A stretch of DNA of 57,952 nt from an uncultured Pseudomonadales bacterium (GCA_964406075.1 CAYOQI010000007.1:1-57952), one strand, 5' to 3'; counted from the stretch's first letter, positions 17,338 to 25,975 are shown. Program-made: numbers and translations. The notes: generated by a model not told the origin, from the sequence alone.

Positions 17338-17366
17338 AACAAAAAAAGTGTGCCTTAGCACACTTC
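17338..17366 (-). terminator. Rho-independent terminator oriented on the minus strand, about 25 nt upstream of the pyrH start
   Basis: The minus strand reads AAGTGTGC-TAAG-GCACACTT followed by TTTTTGTT: an 8-bp stem and a U-run. Confidence 0.7.
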
Positions 17367-17432
17367 TTATTCGCGACGAAAACCAGAATACTTTTTTTGT
17401 GAAAGACAAATGAAGCCTGGTAATTCAGTCAT
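17367..17432 (-). CDS. Candidate 21-aa leader ORF (MTELPGFICLSQKKYSGFRRE) upstream of pyrH
   Basis: TCGACA-18 nt-TATAAT (17441-17446) lies 8 nt before the ATG. The stop codon abuts the terminator stem. Confidence 0.3.
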   Translation of the reverse strand: MTELPGFICLSQKKYSGFRRE

Positions 17433-17562
17433 AATTCGTTATTATAGTAATAATATAGGCACATTGTCGAGTGTTAAAGCCTATATCATAAATGTACTGC
17501 ATCCTCCATGGGAATAACAAGCTCAGTTTTGTATTGTTTTCTTTACTGATATGATGATATAT

Positions 17563-19449
17563 ATGAAAAAAAAATTCCTACTTTTATTGTTTTTAATCGT
17601 AGGGCTGCTCTTCTCAAATTCTCATTCCGCATACGCTGCAACAGGATTCCCTTCCGGTTTTACTGAAGCTCAATTCGTTTCCGGTCTCAACCAACCAACG
17701 ACACTTACTTTTGCTCCGGATGGAAGACTATTTATTTTAGAAAAAACTGGAAAGGTTCGTATTGTTAAAAACGGCCAACTTTTATCTACACCCTTTTTAG
17801 AATTAACTGTCGATGATTATTCTGAAGGCGGCATGATCGGATTTGCCTTTGATCCAAATTTTGCTACAAACCGTTACGTTTATCTTCATTACTCAGTCGG
17901 TGGAAGAGTGAATAGAGTGAGTCGTTTTCGAGCGAGCGCAAGTAATCCCGATGTAGTGGAGGCGAATAGTGAAACGCACATCTTAACTCCCATTCCCAAT
18001 GCCGGTGGAAATCACAATGGTGGCGATCTTCATTTCGGACCAGATGGAAAACTGTATATTGCTGTGGGTGATGGTGGCCAAACTGCCCAAAACGCTCAAA
18101 ACTTAACAAATTTAAATGGGAAAATTCTTCGCATAAACTCAGATGGTACTATTCCCAACGATAATCCCTTTAGTAGTAGCTCTACCGCTCGCAAAGAAAT
18201 CTGGGCATATGGTTTGAGAAATCCGTATCGTTTTGCATTTCGGCCCGGCACCTCAACTATGTATATCAACGATGTCGGACAAAGTAGTTTTGAAGAAATT
18301 AATCAAGGTCAAGCCGGTGGCAACTTTGGTTGGCCTACGTGTGAGGGAACATGTAGCAATTCCAACTTTATTAACCCGCTTCACGCGTACAGTAGAAGTG
18401 TTGGTGCCTCAATTACTGGCGGAACGTTTTATACCGCCACTCAATTTCCACAACAATATCAAGGACAATACTTCTTTGGAGATTATGTGAGTGACTGGAT
18501 CAAAATATTCAATCCGTCCAATCAACAAGTCACCAATTTTGCCAATAATGCCAATACAGTTGTTGATATCAAAGTTGGACCAGATGGTGCACTATATTAT
18601 GCTTCCATCCAAGAAGGTCGCGTGTATAAAGTCTCATACGGAAGTGGTGCAACCGCTACACCAAGCCCTTCTCCATCTCCAACACCTTCAAATAATCAAC
18701 TTCCAAATATTACCTTCACTTCCCCACAAAATGAATCAAGATTCAATGCAGGCAATGTGATAAATTACGCTGCAACTGCAACTGACCCAGAGGATGGGAC
18801 ACTTCCTGCTTCAGCTTTTTCCTGGACAGTTATCTTTCATCATGACACGCATACACATCCGTTTCTCGGTCCATTAAATGGTCAAAGGAGTGGTGCTTTT
18901 ACAATTCCCAAAATTGGGGAAACTTCTGCCAATATCTGGTACAGCATTCAGTTAACTGTTAAAGATTCCAAAGGTGCAGAACGAACAATGTCTCGAGAGA
19001 TTTATCCCAACACGGTAAACCTCAGGATTGAGACCGATCCACCAGGCGTAAGCATCACGCTTGATGGCCAACCTCAAGCAGATGGGTATATGTTTGAAAG
19101 CGTAGTTGGATTTACCCATTCGCTTTCTGCACCCGGAAACTTCATTCAAAATGGGCAGAAATATATATTCCAAGCGTGGTCAGACGGAGGAAGTATGCTT
19201 CATTCATTTGATACACCCGCTCAAGATCAAAATTACATAGCAACTTTTATTGAATCAGCTATTACTGCTTGCGACGCCGACATCAACTCCGACAGCTTTG
19301 TTGATATTACTGACTACTCTTTACTCGTGGGTGATTTTTTGGAAACACCACCGTCAGATCCCAAAACAGACATTAATCAAGATAACATTACAGATATTAC
19401 CGATTACTCACTACTCGTTTCGTTCTTCCTCGAAACATGTTCAGAGTAG
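17563..19449 (+). CDS. Secreted PQQ-dependent sugar (glucose/sorbosone) dehydrogenase with Ig-like middle region and C-terminal dockerin
   Basis: Signal peptide MKKKFLLLLFLIVGLLFSNSHSAYA. Beta-propeller motifs NHNGGDLHFGPDGKLYIAVGDGG, GKILRINSDGTIPNDNPF and YGLRNPYRFAF. A PSPSPTPS linker. Two dockerin Ca-loops, DINSDSFVDITDYSLL and DINQDNITDITDYSLL. Confidence 0.8.
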   Translation: MKKKFLLLLFLIVGLLFSNSHSAYAATGFPSGFTEAQFVSGLNQPTTLTFAPDGRLFILEKTGKVRIVKNGQLLSTPFLELTVDDYSEGGMIGFAFDPNFATNRYVYLHYSVGGRVNRVSRFRASASNPDVVEANSETHILTPIPNAGGNHNGGDLHFGPDGKLYIAVGDGGQTAQNAQNLTNLNGKILRINSDGTIPNDNPFSSSSTARKEIWAYGLRNPYRFAFRPGTSTMYINDVGQSSFEEINQGQAGGNFGWPTCEGTCSNSNFINPLHAYSRSVGASITGGTFYTATQFPQQYQGQYFFGDYVSDWIKIFNPSNQQVTNFANNANTVVDIKVGPDGALYYASIQEGRVYKVSYGSGATATPSPSPSPTPSNNQLPNITFTSPQNESRFNAGNVINYAATATDPEDGTLPASAFSWTVIFHHDTHTHPFLGPLNGQRSGAFTIPKIGETSANIWYSIQLTVKDSKGAERTMSREIYPNTVNLRIETDPPGVSITLDGQPQADGYMFESVVGFTHSLSAPGNFIQNGQKYIFQAWSDGGSMLHSFDTPAQDQNYIATFIESAITACDADINSDSFVDITDYSLLVGDFLETPPSDPKTDINQDNITDITDYSLLVSFFLETCSE

Positions 19450-19531
19450 CTTGATCTTTTCTGCTTCTTTGTCTTTCTGAAGTTAAATGACAACAATCCA
19501 AAGCCTGTTACTTATGGCCTGCAACCGTCAC

Positions 19532-19587
19532 TGTCATTCTGAGGCATCTGGTAATCCAGATAATCGAAGAATCCCTGTTAGCGGGAT
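19532..19587 (+). repeat. Type-B 'TGTCATYCTGA...GAAGRATCCCTGTTAGC' hairpin repeat, copy 4
   Basis: Inner hairpin ATCTGG-taat-CCAGAT. The head and tail are shared with 23789, 25925, 28169 and 19672 (reverse). Confidence 0.8.
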
Positions 19588-19671
19588 AATTTACAAGTCG
19601 TATATATAATCCGTATTGAAGCTTTCTTTTCTCTTACTGCAAGCAATATCAATTCTCAAACAATCTCCAAA

Positions 19672-19728
19672 GACAGGGATCTTTCAACTTCATCTCGACC
19701 TAAAGTCGGGATTTCGTTCAGGATGACA
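19672..19728 (-). repeat. Type-B hairpin repeat, copy 5, inverted orientation
   Basis: The reverse complement reads TGTCATCCTGAACGAAATCCCGACTTTAGGTCGAGATGAAGTTGAAAGATCCCTGTCT. Confidence 0.75.
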
Positions 19729-19781
19729 AACATAAGAGCAGGAGCACCTGGTACTGATAACAACCAAGCAGCAAACTAAGC

Positions 19782-21281
19782 TCATACTTTTTCAGTAACT
19801 CTATACTCAATATATTTTCCAAGCATTAGTCGAGTATGAGCATCAAGGCCAGGCAACGCCGAAAAGAAAAACCCGAGCACAGGCAAAAGAAGGAATTCTA
19901 ATGGTTGGAGGATGATTGAAAAAAGTTTGCCAAAAAATGTTTGGTGCGGACGAGGAGGTCTGTTTCGAGCATCAATCACGAAGATGATAAACATCGAGAT
20001 TAATGATAATGTGAGAAGTCCTGAAGTTACCTGTGGTAAAGTTTTTCCCAACACGGTTCGATTAAATTCTTCATTTAAAAGTGGTGGTAAAAAGGCCGAA
20101 ACCGTAATCGCAAACCAGTTCACTGGCCATAAGAAATGATCTTCAATTGTCTTCAAAACTCGAACTGTCTTATCCCAAAACGGTACGTCCTCAGTCAGGA
20201 TATACTGCTTTATGATATAGGCGTCATCACTTACTCCCCACGCCCATCGTTGCAACTGTTGATACTGATTCTTGAGTGTCGCAAAGTAACCATTTGATTC
20301 AGCGGCATCGGCCAAAACTGGTAAAAAGATCGGTTCGACTTCCACTTTTCCTTTTTTGGCAAAATACGCTTTGAAAAACAAACGGTAGTCTTCGGGAATC
20401 ACATCCGTATCCCAATATCCAATTTCATCCACCAGTTTAAGTGAAGTAGAGTAAGTGGAAAAATTAATCAATCGATCCTGACGCATTAGCGCAAACATTT
20501 GGTTCACAGAAAAAACTGAGGAGAGCACACGAACAGGAGCTGGTACTTTCCAAATATTGTTATAAAAAACAATACTCGCTTGCCATATACGTAGGTATTT
20601 TTGTGGATGTGTCAAAAAGTTATAGGTGAGACAGGCAAAATAACTTTTGTGAAATATGGCATCGGCATCTTCACTGGTAATAGTTGTATTATTAATATCG
20701 AAATTTTCCTGATCAATCAAAAATTTCTTTGCTTGCTTCGCTCCCCAACTGGTATTTGAAGACTTCCCTTTTACTTCTCCAGCAATATCTGGATGATACG
20801 TCGTCCATAAATGTCCAAAAACTTTTCCATATTTTGCCAACAATTCTTTCGCTTTTTCATGTGCTTCTTCACCTTCTCTTTCTTCAAAGGACAACATAAT
20901 GTGCAAGTGATCAAGTGGATAGGTTTGAGCCGATAAAACAGTCAATGTTCTTTCGAGAGTGTGCAATGGCTCTTTATAGGTTGGAACAATAATGATGTGA
21001 TGAATTTTCTCCCAACTCTTTAACTCTCTGACATCTTTCATCCAATCATTCTTAGATGACGCTTTGATTTTTAAATCGGCTAAGACAGACAAAATCGCCA
21101 AAGTTAAAGATCGATACAACCAATACACAGAAAAAGCGATCACGTAATACGCAACAAACTCTGGGATGATAAAAGATCCCCAAAATGGAAACAGTATTAA
21201 TGACCAAGAAATGAACCCAGGTAATATTTCAAGGAATCGTTGTGATTTGACTGGATGTCTTCGAACCCATTTTTTAAACAT
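19782..21281 (-). CDS. Membrane-embedded processive family-2 glycosyltransferase (cellulose/chitin/hyaluronan synthase-like)
   Basis: 499 aa with N- and C-terminal TM segments. IIIVPTYKEP start of the GT2 domain, SEDADA, and the Q-x-x-RW motif as QLQRWAWG. Confidence 0.7.
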   Translation of the reverse strand: MFKKWVRRHPVKSQRFLEILPGFISWSLILFPFWGSFIIPEFVAYYVIAFSVYWLYRSLTLAILSVLADLKIKASSKNDWMKDVRELKSWEKIHHIIIVPTYKEPLHTLERTLTVLSAQTYPLDHLHIMLSFEEREGEEAHEKAKELLAKYGKVFGHLWTTYHPDIAGEVKGKSSNTSWGAKQAKKFLIDQENFDINNTTITSEDADAIFHKSYFACLTYNFLTHPQKYLRIWQASIVFYNNIWKVPAPVRVLSSVFSVNQMFALMRQDRLINFSTYSTSLKLVDEIGYWDTDVIPEDYRLFFKAYFAKKGKVEVEPIFLPVLADAAESNGYFATLKNQYQQLQRWAWGVSDDAYIIKQYILTEDVPFWDKTVRVLKTIEDHFLWPVNWFAITVSAFLPPLLNEEFNRTVLGKTLPQVTSGLLTLSLISMFIIFVIDARNRPPRPHQTFFGKLFSIILQPLEFLLLPVLGFFFSALPGLDAHTRLMLGKYIEYRVTEKV

Positions 21282-21338
21282 ATATAAATAATTTTCCCTT
21301 CTTTAGAGGGGAAAGGGGAGAATTCTCACTGAACTTAA

Positions 21339-22247
21339 TTAGTTCAAATGAAACAATCTCAAACTATTTTCATAAAAACTACTTTTATCAACTTTAAAAG
21401 TTTGCTCAATATATTCTACCGTTTCTGCGATCATCCATGGTTCGCAAGTTTTTCCTCGGTAACTTTGAGGTGGTAGATAAGGGGCATCGGTTTCTACCAC
21501 TCTTCGATCTGTTGGCACAATACTAAAAATATCACGAATATGCTCAGCATTTGGGTAAGAAATATTCCCATCAAATCCAAAGTATCCACCCATCTCGACT
21601 GCTTGTTTGATATAGGAAAGTGGACCAGAAGCACAATGGAGTACAAATTTCTTCACATCAAGTTTTTGTAAAATGTCTAAAGCATCCCAATACGCATTTC
21701 CCTCCTTTTTCTCTTCAATTACTTCTTGATCACGAACATGACAAATGAGTGGTAAATTGTGGTGCTTCGCTAACTCAATTTGTTCTTCAAATGATTTTTT
21801 TTGCAATTTTTTAATAATTTCAGCTTCAGCATCTGATTCAGGTAATCTAAAATAATCCAATCCTGTCTCACCAACAGCAACTACTTTTTTATTAACTATG
21901 AAACTTAATTCCTCCATATCTGTAAGAATGTCACTTTCATGTTCATCATATGAATGGGTAAAATCAATATCTTGATATTCATGAGGATGGTAGCCAACTG
22001 ATGCAAATAGATGTGGCGATTTCTCAGAAAGATCTAAAGCTGCACTTGAAGTAATAAAATTTGTGCCTACGACAATCGTTTTTTTTACCCCTGCCTCAAC
22101 CGCTTTTTTCAGATGTGGTTCCCAAGTTTCTACATACTCAAAAACATCATATCCATCTTTCTCTTTCCATCCGACTTGAATCTTCTCTTTTTCATTTGAG
22201 GTCAATAAGGGTTCCAAATTATAGTGGCAATGGGTATCAATAATCAT
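21339..22247 (-). CDS. tatD: TatD-family metal-dependent hydrolase
   Basis: MIIDTHCHYN start, internal GETGLDY, LPLICHVRD, and VVETDAPYL near the C-terminus. The first 9 codons of the maximal ORF are repeat-derived and were trimmed. Confidence 0.8.
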   Translation of the reverse strand: MIIDTHCHYNLEPLLTSNEKEKIQVGWKEKDGYDVFEYVETWEPHLKKAVEAGVKKTIVVGTNFITSSAALDLSEKSPHLFASVGYHPHEYQDIDFTHSYDEHESDILTDMEELSFIVNKKVVAVGETGLDYFRLPESDAEAEIIKKLQKKSFEEQIELAKHHNLPLICHVRDQEVIEEKKEGNAYWDALDILQKLDVKKFVLHCASGPLSYIKQAVEMGGYFGFDGNISYPNAEHIRDIFSIVPTDRRVVETDAPYLPPQSYRGKTCEPWMIAETVEYIEQTFKVDKSSFYENSLRLFHLN

Positions 22248-22255
22248 AACTGTAA

Positions 22256-22323
22256 CGTCATCCTGAAAGGTCAAGCTGAATTCAATAACTCATATAATGA
22301 ATGAAGCATGAATATTCAGGACC
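22256..22323. repeat. Type-A hairpin repeat, copy 2
   Basis: CGTCATCCTGAAAGGTCAAG...CATGAATATTCAGGACC, between the metG stop and the tatD start. Confidence 0.85.
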
Positions 22324-22328
22324 AACTA

Positions 22329-23756
22329 CTAAATACTAGCTACTCTCGGAAATATTGGTGACAACGCAGTAATTGATTGAGCAGTGAAGTGTGAATGAAT
22401 CATCTCAGCAGTTTCCGGCATAAAAGGTTTTAACAGTTCCGCAATGTGAATGATTTGACCAATGACGTCTTCCAAAATCATCTTTTGCTCATCGCCAGTT
22501 TTTTTCCAAGGTTGGGTTTTTGCAAGATGCTGATCAAGCTGGTTTACTTCAAGCATAAGTACTGTTAATGCTTCCGAGATATGAAAAGTATTCATTAATT
22601 CTTTAAATTGCTCCTCTTTCTCCCACTGATAACTGATAGCTGATAACTGGCTACCTGCCTTCTCAGCCATCTTAGCTACCCTCGAACACAAATTTCCAAA
22701 TCCATTTACCAAATCGGCTGTATATTTTTCATCAAATTTTTTCCAACTCACATCCATATCGTCACCAAACGCTCCGAGCGAAAGCAAAATGTATCGAGTG
22801 GAATCTTTGCCGTACTTCTCCACCATTTCTACAGGGCTAATAACATTCCCCAAACTCTTGCTCATCTTCTGTCCATCCACACTAATAAATCCATTAATCA
22901 AAATTTTATGCGAAGTCGCAACTCCAGCCGACATCAACATCGACTGCCACATCGCAGATTGCTGACGTAAATTATCCTTTCCAGCCAATTGAACGACCGG
23001 CCAATACTTTTCAAACTGCTCCATGTCATTTGGCCATCCAATCGTCGAGATGTAATTAATCAACGCATCGAACCACACGTACATCACATGATCTGGATCA
23101 TCAGGAACTTCGACTCCCCACGGCATTTTTTCTTTCAGACGAGAAATACTAAAATCTTGTAAACCTTGCTGCACAAATGACACAATCTCCTTCATTTTGC
23201 CTTCTGGTTGGACAAAATCAGGTGATTTTTTATACAAATCTAATAACTGTTGTTGAAAATTTGAAAATTTGAAAAAATAATTCTCTTCCTCTCGAATTTC
23301 TAACTCTCGATTTGGATGAAGTGGACAACGTCCTTCTACTAATTCTGAATCTGTTTTCTCTAACTCACAGCCGACACAGTACTTCACTGCATACAATTTT
23401 TTGTAAATATCTCCATTTGCTTTACAACGTTTCCAAAACTCTTGGGCAGCTTTTTTATGCTCGGGATTCGTTGTTCGAATAAATTTGTTGTAACTTAAAT
23501 TGAGCAGCTGTTTGAGTTCATCAAACTTAGCAGCATATTCATCCACATAGACTTGGGGATCCATTTTTTTATCAATCGCATTTTGGTAAATTTTTTGGCC
23601 ATGCTCATCAGTTCCGGTATTAAACACTACATCTTTCCCAAGACTTCTTTGCCAACGACAAATCACATCACCAGCAATGATTTCTAAGGCGAAACCAATA
23701 TGCGGTTCAGCATTCACATACGGAAGGGTAGTTGTAAGGTAAAAACTTTTAGACAT
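22329..23756 (-). CDS. metG: Methionine--tRNA ligase (short form, no C-terminal tRNA-binding domain)
   Basis: LPYVNAEPHIGF (HIGH-type), KMSKSLGN (KMSKS), and the zinc knuckle CVGC...CPLH. Confidence 0.9.
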   Translation of the reverse strand: MSKSFYLTTTLPYVNAEPHIGFALEIIAGDVICRWQRSLGKDVVFNTGTDEHGQKIYQNAIDKKMDPQVYVDEYAAKFDELKQLLNLSYNKFIRTTNPEHKKAAQEFWKRCKANGDIYKKLYAVKYCVGCELEKTDSELVEGRCPLHPNRELEIREEENYFFKFSNFQQQLLDLYKKSPDFVQPEGKMKEIVSFVQQGLQDFSISRLKEKMPWGVEVPDDPDHVMYVWFDALINYISTIGWPNDMEQFEKYWPVVQLAGKDNLRQQSAMWQSMLMSAGVATSHKILINGFISVDGQKMSKSLGNVISPVEMVEKYGKDSTRYILLSLGAFGDDMDVSWKKFDEKYTADLVNGFGNLCSRVAKMAEKAGSQLSAISYQWEKEEQFKELMNTFHISEALTVLMLEVNQLDQHLAKTQPWKKTGDEQKMILEDVIGQIIHIAELLKPFMPETAEMIHSHFTAQSITALSPIFPRVASI

Positions 23757-23763
23757 ACTTGAG

Positions 23764-23772
23764 ATTATAGCA
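23764..23772 (-). promoter_or_regulatory. Extended -10 (TGcTATAAT) 7 nt upstream of the metG ATG; leaderless-type
   Basis: The minus strand reads TGCTATAAT-ctcaagt-ATG. Confidence 0.5.
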
Positions 23773-23788
23773 AGCTTACTAAAAACTT

Positions 23789-23834
23789 TGTCATCCTGAA
23801 TAATCTGGTGTAATCACCAGAAATGAAGGATCCC
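23789..23834 (+). repeat. Type-B hairpin repeat, copy 1
   Basis: TGTCATCCTGAATAAT-CTGGTG-taat-CACCAG-AAATGAAGGATCCC. Confidence 0.85.
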
Positions 23835-23901
23835 GTCGTGTAAGGAGTCTATAGAAGATATTGATAACTAAAAATTTTATGACAATTACAAATGTAATTT
23901 T

Positions 23902-24135
23902 TTATACGCGATATCTTATTGTGTAGTCTGTAAATTCTTGTCCTTTTAGAGTTTTTCCTGAAAGTCCACTTTCTGATGTTCTTGTGTACAACGTTCCACT
24001 TTCTGCTACTCCTTCAACAATACGAAAAAGTAAGAAAGTATCTCCAATTTCTATTCCGTTTTTTTGAAAAATATCCGCATAAGCGGGACTATCTTCTGGA
24101 TAAAGTCTTACTATTTGTTTAATATTTTCAGGCAT
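23902..24135 (-). CDS. Hypothetical protein (77 aa)
   Basis: AAAGGA Shine-Dalgarno upstream. No motif recognised. Confidence 0.45.
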   Translation of the reverse strand: MPENIKQIVRLYPEDSPAYADIFQKNGIEIGDTFLLFRIVEGVAESGTLYTRTSESGLSGKTLKGQEFTDYTIRYRV

Positions 24136-24250
24136 ATTTTCCTTTCATGCATTTATTTATAGTGATGAATGAAATCTTAATTCTTCGCTTAGCATTCTTG
24201 GTTATACCTGCTAACTAATGAACTTATCAACTAATTAACAAACCAACTCA

Positions 24251-24679
24251 CTAACTTTTCCATCCAAAAAACTTCATGATTTTGTTCGCTAAAGCGTCAG
24301 CCCATTTTTCAGTTTCCACTTTTTGAAGAATCAATTGCATACCTTTTGTACTCATATTTTCTGCGACAGAGGAAATTGTGGCACTCGAAACACCATAATA
24401 CTTGCGTATTTCTTCATATGACTTCCCTTCTTTGAGGGCAAGCAAAATAGCCAACCGTTTTGCAAACATGTGTTGCTCGGAAGCAGTAAAAAAATCGTGT
24501 ACAAAATATTTCACTTCAGATACGGAAGAAAAATCTGATAAAAGTTGAAGAAAAAGTTCAGAAGGGACTTTAATGTGAGCACTTAACCGTGCATCGGGTA
24601 CTTTTTTGCTCGTCATTTTTCTTGTAGGACCAATGAATTTTATTCTCACAATCATATATGACTCGGGTGGAAAACTCAA
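24251..24679 (-). CDS. TrpR/YerC/YecD-family helix-turn-helix protein
   Basis: The C-terminal half, FAKRLAILLALKEGKSYEEIRKYYGVSSATISSV, matches the YerC/TrpR-like HTH. The start is uncertain: TTG at 24679, ATG at 24655 or ATG at 24616. Confidence 0.6.
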   Translation of the reverse strand: MSFPPESYMIVRIKFIGPTRKMTSKKVPDARLSAHIKVPSELFLQLLSDFSSVSEVKYFVHDFFTASEQHMFAKRLAILLALKEGKSYEEIRKYYGVSSATISSVAENMSTKGMQLILQKVETEKWADALANKIMKFFGWKS

Positions 24680-24765
24680 TCACACTTTTATGAATGAAAC
24701 TGGTTTATAAGCTCGAACTTCATTTTTTTTAAGACAAAAATTTGAACTGAATTCATACTTGCACC

Positions 24766-24794
24766 TTGAAGCTTAGACCTCAAACCTCGATAAT
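24766..24794 (+). promoter_or_regulatory. Promoter TTGAAG-17 nt-GATAAT ending 6 nt before the rmuC ATG
   Basis: Spacing counted directly. There is no Shine-Dalgarno between the -10 box and the ATG. Confidence 0.5.
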
Positions 24795-24800
24795 AACCAC

Positions 24801-25898
24801 ATGGAAATTGTACTTCTTGTTGTCTTAATTATTGTCTGCGCCGGCGGGATTGCGTTAGTGTATTTTAAAATAAACTCAGCCATGTCTAAATCGAATCAAG
24901 ACAAAGATTTAGAAGCCGTTGTCCATAAAGTCTTTGGCATGTCTGCTCTACAAATTGCTGAACAAAGTAAGCAGATTTTGTCCGGTGATAAAGAAGTTAT
25001 TCAAACTGACTTGGCCAATAAACATCGAGCTATGGAAAATATTTATAAGCAAGTTCAGACTTCGTTGGAACAGAGTCAGCAGTATTTACAGCGAACTGAG
25101 AAAGAACGTCATCACATGTTTGGGGAAATGAGACAAGCAATTTTGGAACATCAACGTTCTACTCAAGCACTTCAGGTTTCCACGGATGCCCTCTCCAAAG
25201 TTCTGCAAAATAACCAGTTGCGTGGTCAATGGGGGGAAAGAATCATTGAAGATCTTCTCCAATCGGCTGGCCTGATTGAAGGTGTTCATTACCTTAAACA
25301 GACTCAACTTGCACACTCCACTGATCGACCTGATATTACCCTCTTACTTCCGAATAAACGAGTTGTCCCTGTCGATGCAAAATTTCCATTTGCAGATCTT
25401 CAAAGAATGGCTGTGGCCGAAAGTGCAACTGAGAAAAAAATTCATTTAGAGAAATTTGGTGAGGAAGTCAAAAAGAAAATTCGAAAAGTTGCGGAGTACG
25501 TTCAGCCTGAATCCGACACTTTGGATTATGCGTTGCTATTTGTACCTAATGAAATGGTTTTTTCTTTGATCAATCAGAAATATCCTGAGTTAATTGAAGA
25601 AGCAATGCGACTACGAGTCATGATGGTCTCACCATTTAGTTTTCTGGTTGTGGTAAGAACAGTCATGGAAAGTTATCGCAATTTCATGATGGAAAGTAAT
25701 CTTCGAGTGATTGTCAAACACATTGGAGAGTTTGGTAAAGAGTGGGATATGTTCGTCGAAGAGTTTGATAAGTTTGGGAGCGGAATAAATAAACTGGAAG
25801 AACAATACCGAAAAATTCGTGACACACGCCATCGTCAAATGCAAAGAAAAATTGAGAAAATTGATTCTGCTAAAGGAAAGGTGAAGTTGCTGGAGTAG
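24801..25898 (+). CDS. rmuC: DNA recombination protein RmuC
   Basis: 365 aa. N-terminal TM segment, long coiled-coil, and a C-terminal nuclease-like core with PDITLLLPNKRVVPVDAKFP and LFVPNEMVF. Confidence 0.75.
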   Translation: MEIVLLVVLIIVCAGGIALVYFKINSAMSKSNQDKDLEAVVHKVFGMSALQIAEQSKQILSGDKEVIQTDLANKHRAMENIYKQVQTSLEQSQQYLQRTEKERHHMFGEMRQAILEHQRSTQALQVSTDALSKVLQNNQLRGQWGERIIEDLLQSAGLIEGVHYLKQTQLAHSTDRPDITLLLPNKRVVPVDAKFPFADLQRMAVAESATEKKIHLEKFGEEVKKKIRKVAEYVQPESDTLDYALLFVPNEMVFSLINQKYPELIEEAMRLRVMMVSPFSFLVVVRTVMESYRNFMMESNLRVIVKHIGEFGKEWDMFVEEFDKFGSGINKLEEQYRKIRDTRHRQMQRKIEKIDSAKGKVKLLE

Positions 25899-25924
25899 TA
25901 TGGAAAGTCGCTCTCGCCTCTTTT

Positions 25925-25975
25925 TGTCATCCCGAGTCATCAGGTAATCCTGACAATCGAGGGATCTCTGTTAGC
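25925..25975 (+). repeat. Type-B hairpin repeat, copy 3
   Basis: TGTCATCCCGAGTCA-TCAGG-taat-CCTGA-CAATCGAGGGATCTCTGTTAGC. Confidence 0.8.

Noticed and set aside
17367-17440. PyrR-binding attenuator upstream of pyrH
   Set aside because: The leader lacks the conserved PyrR binding-loop sequence (ARUCCAGAGAGGCU-like). Only the generic leader-ORF/terminator architecture is supported.
22248-22274. N-terminal extension MTFQDDVTV of the TatD ORF, and likewise MTRF at 28163-28174 for the VIT1 ORF
   Set aside because: These codons are encoded by the dispersed GTCATCCTGA repeats. Canonical family N-termini begin at the internal ATGs.
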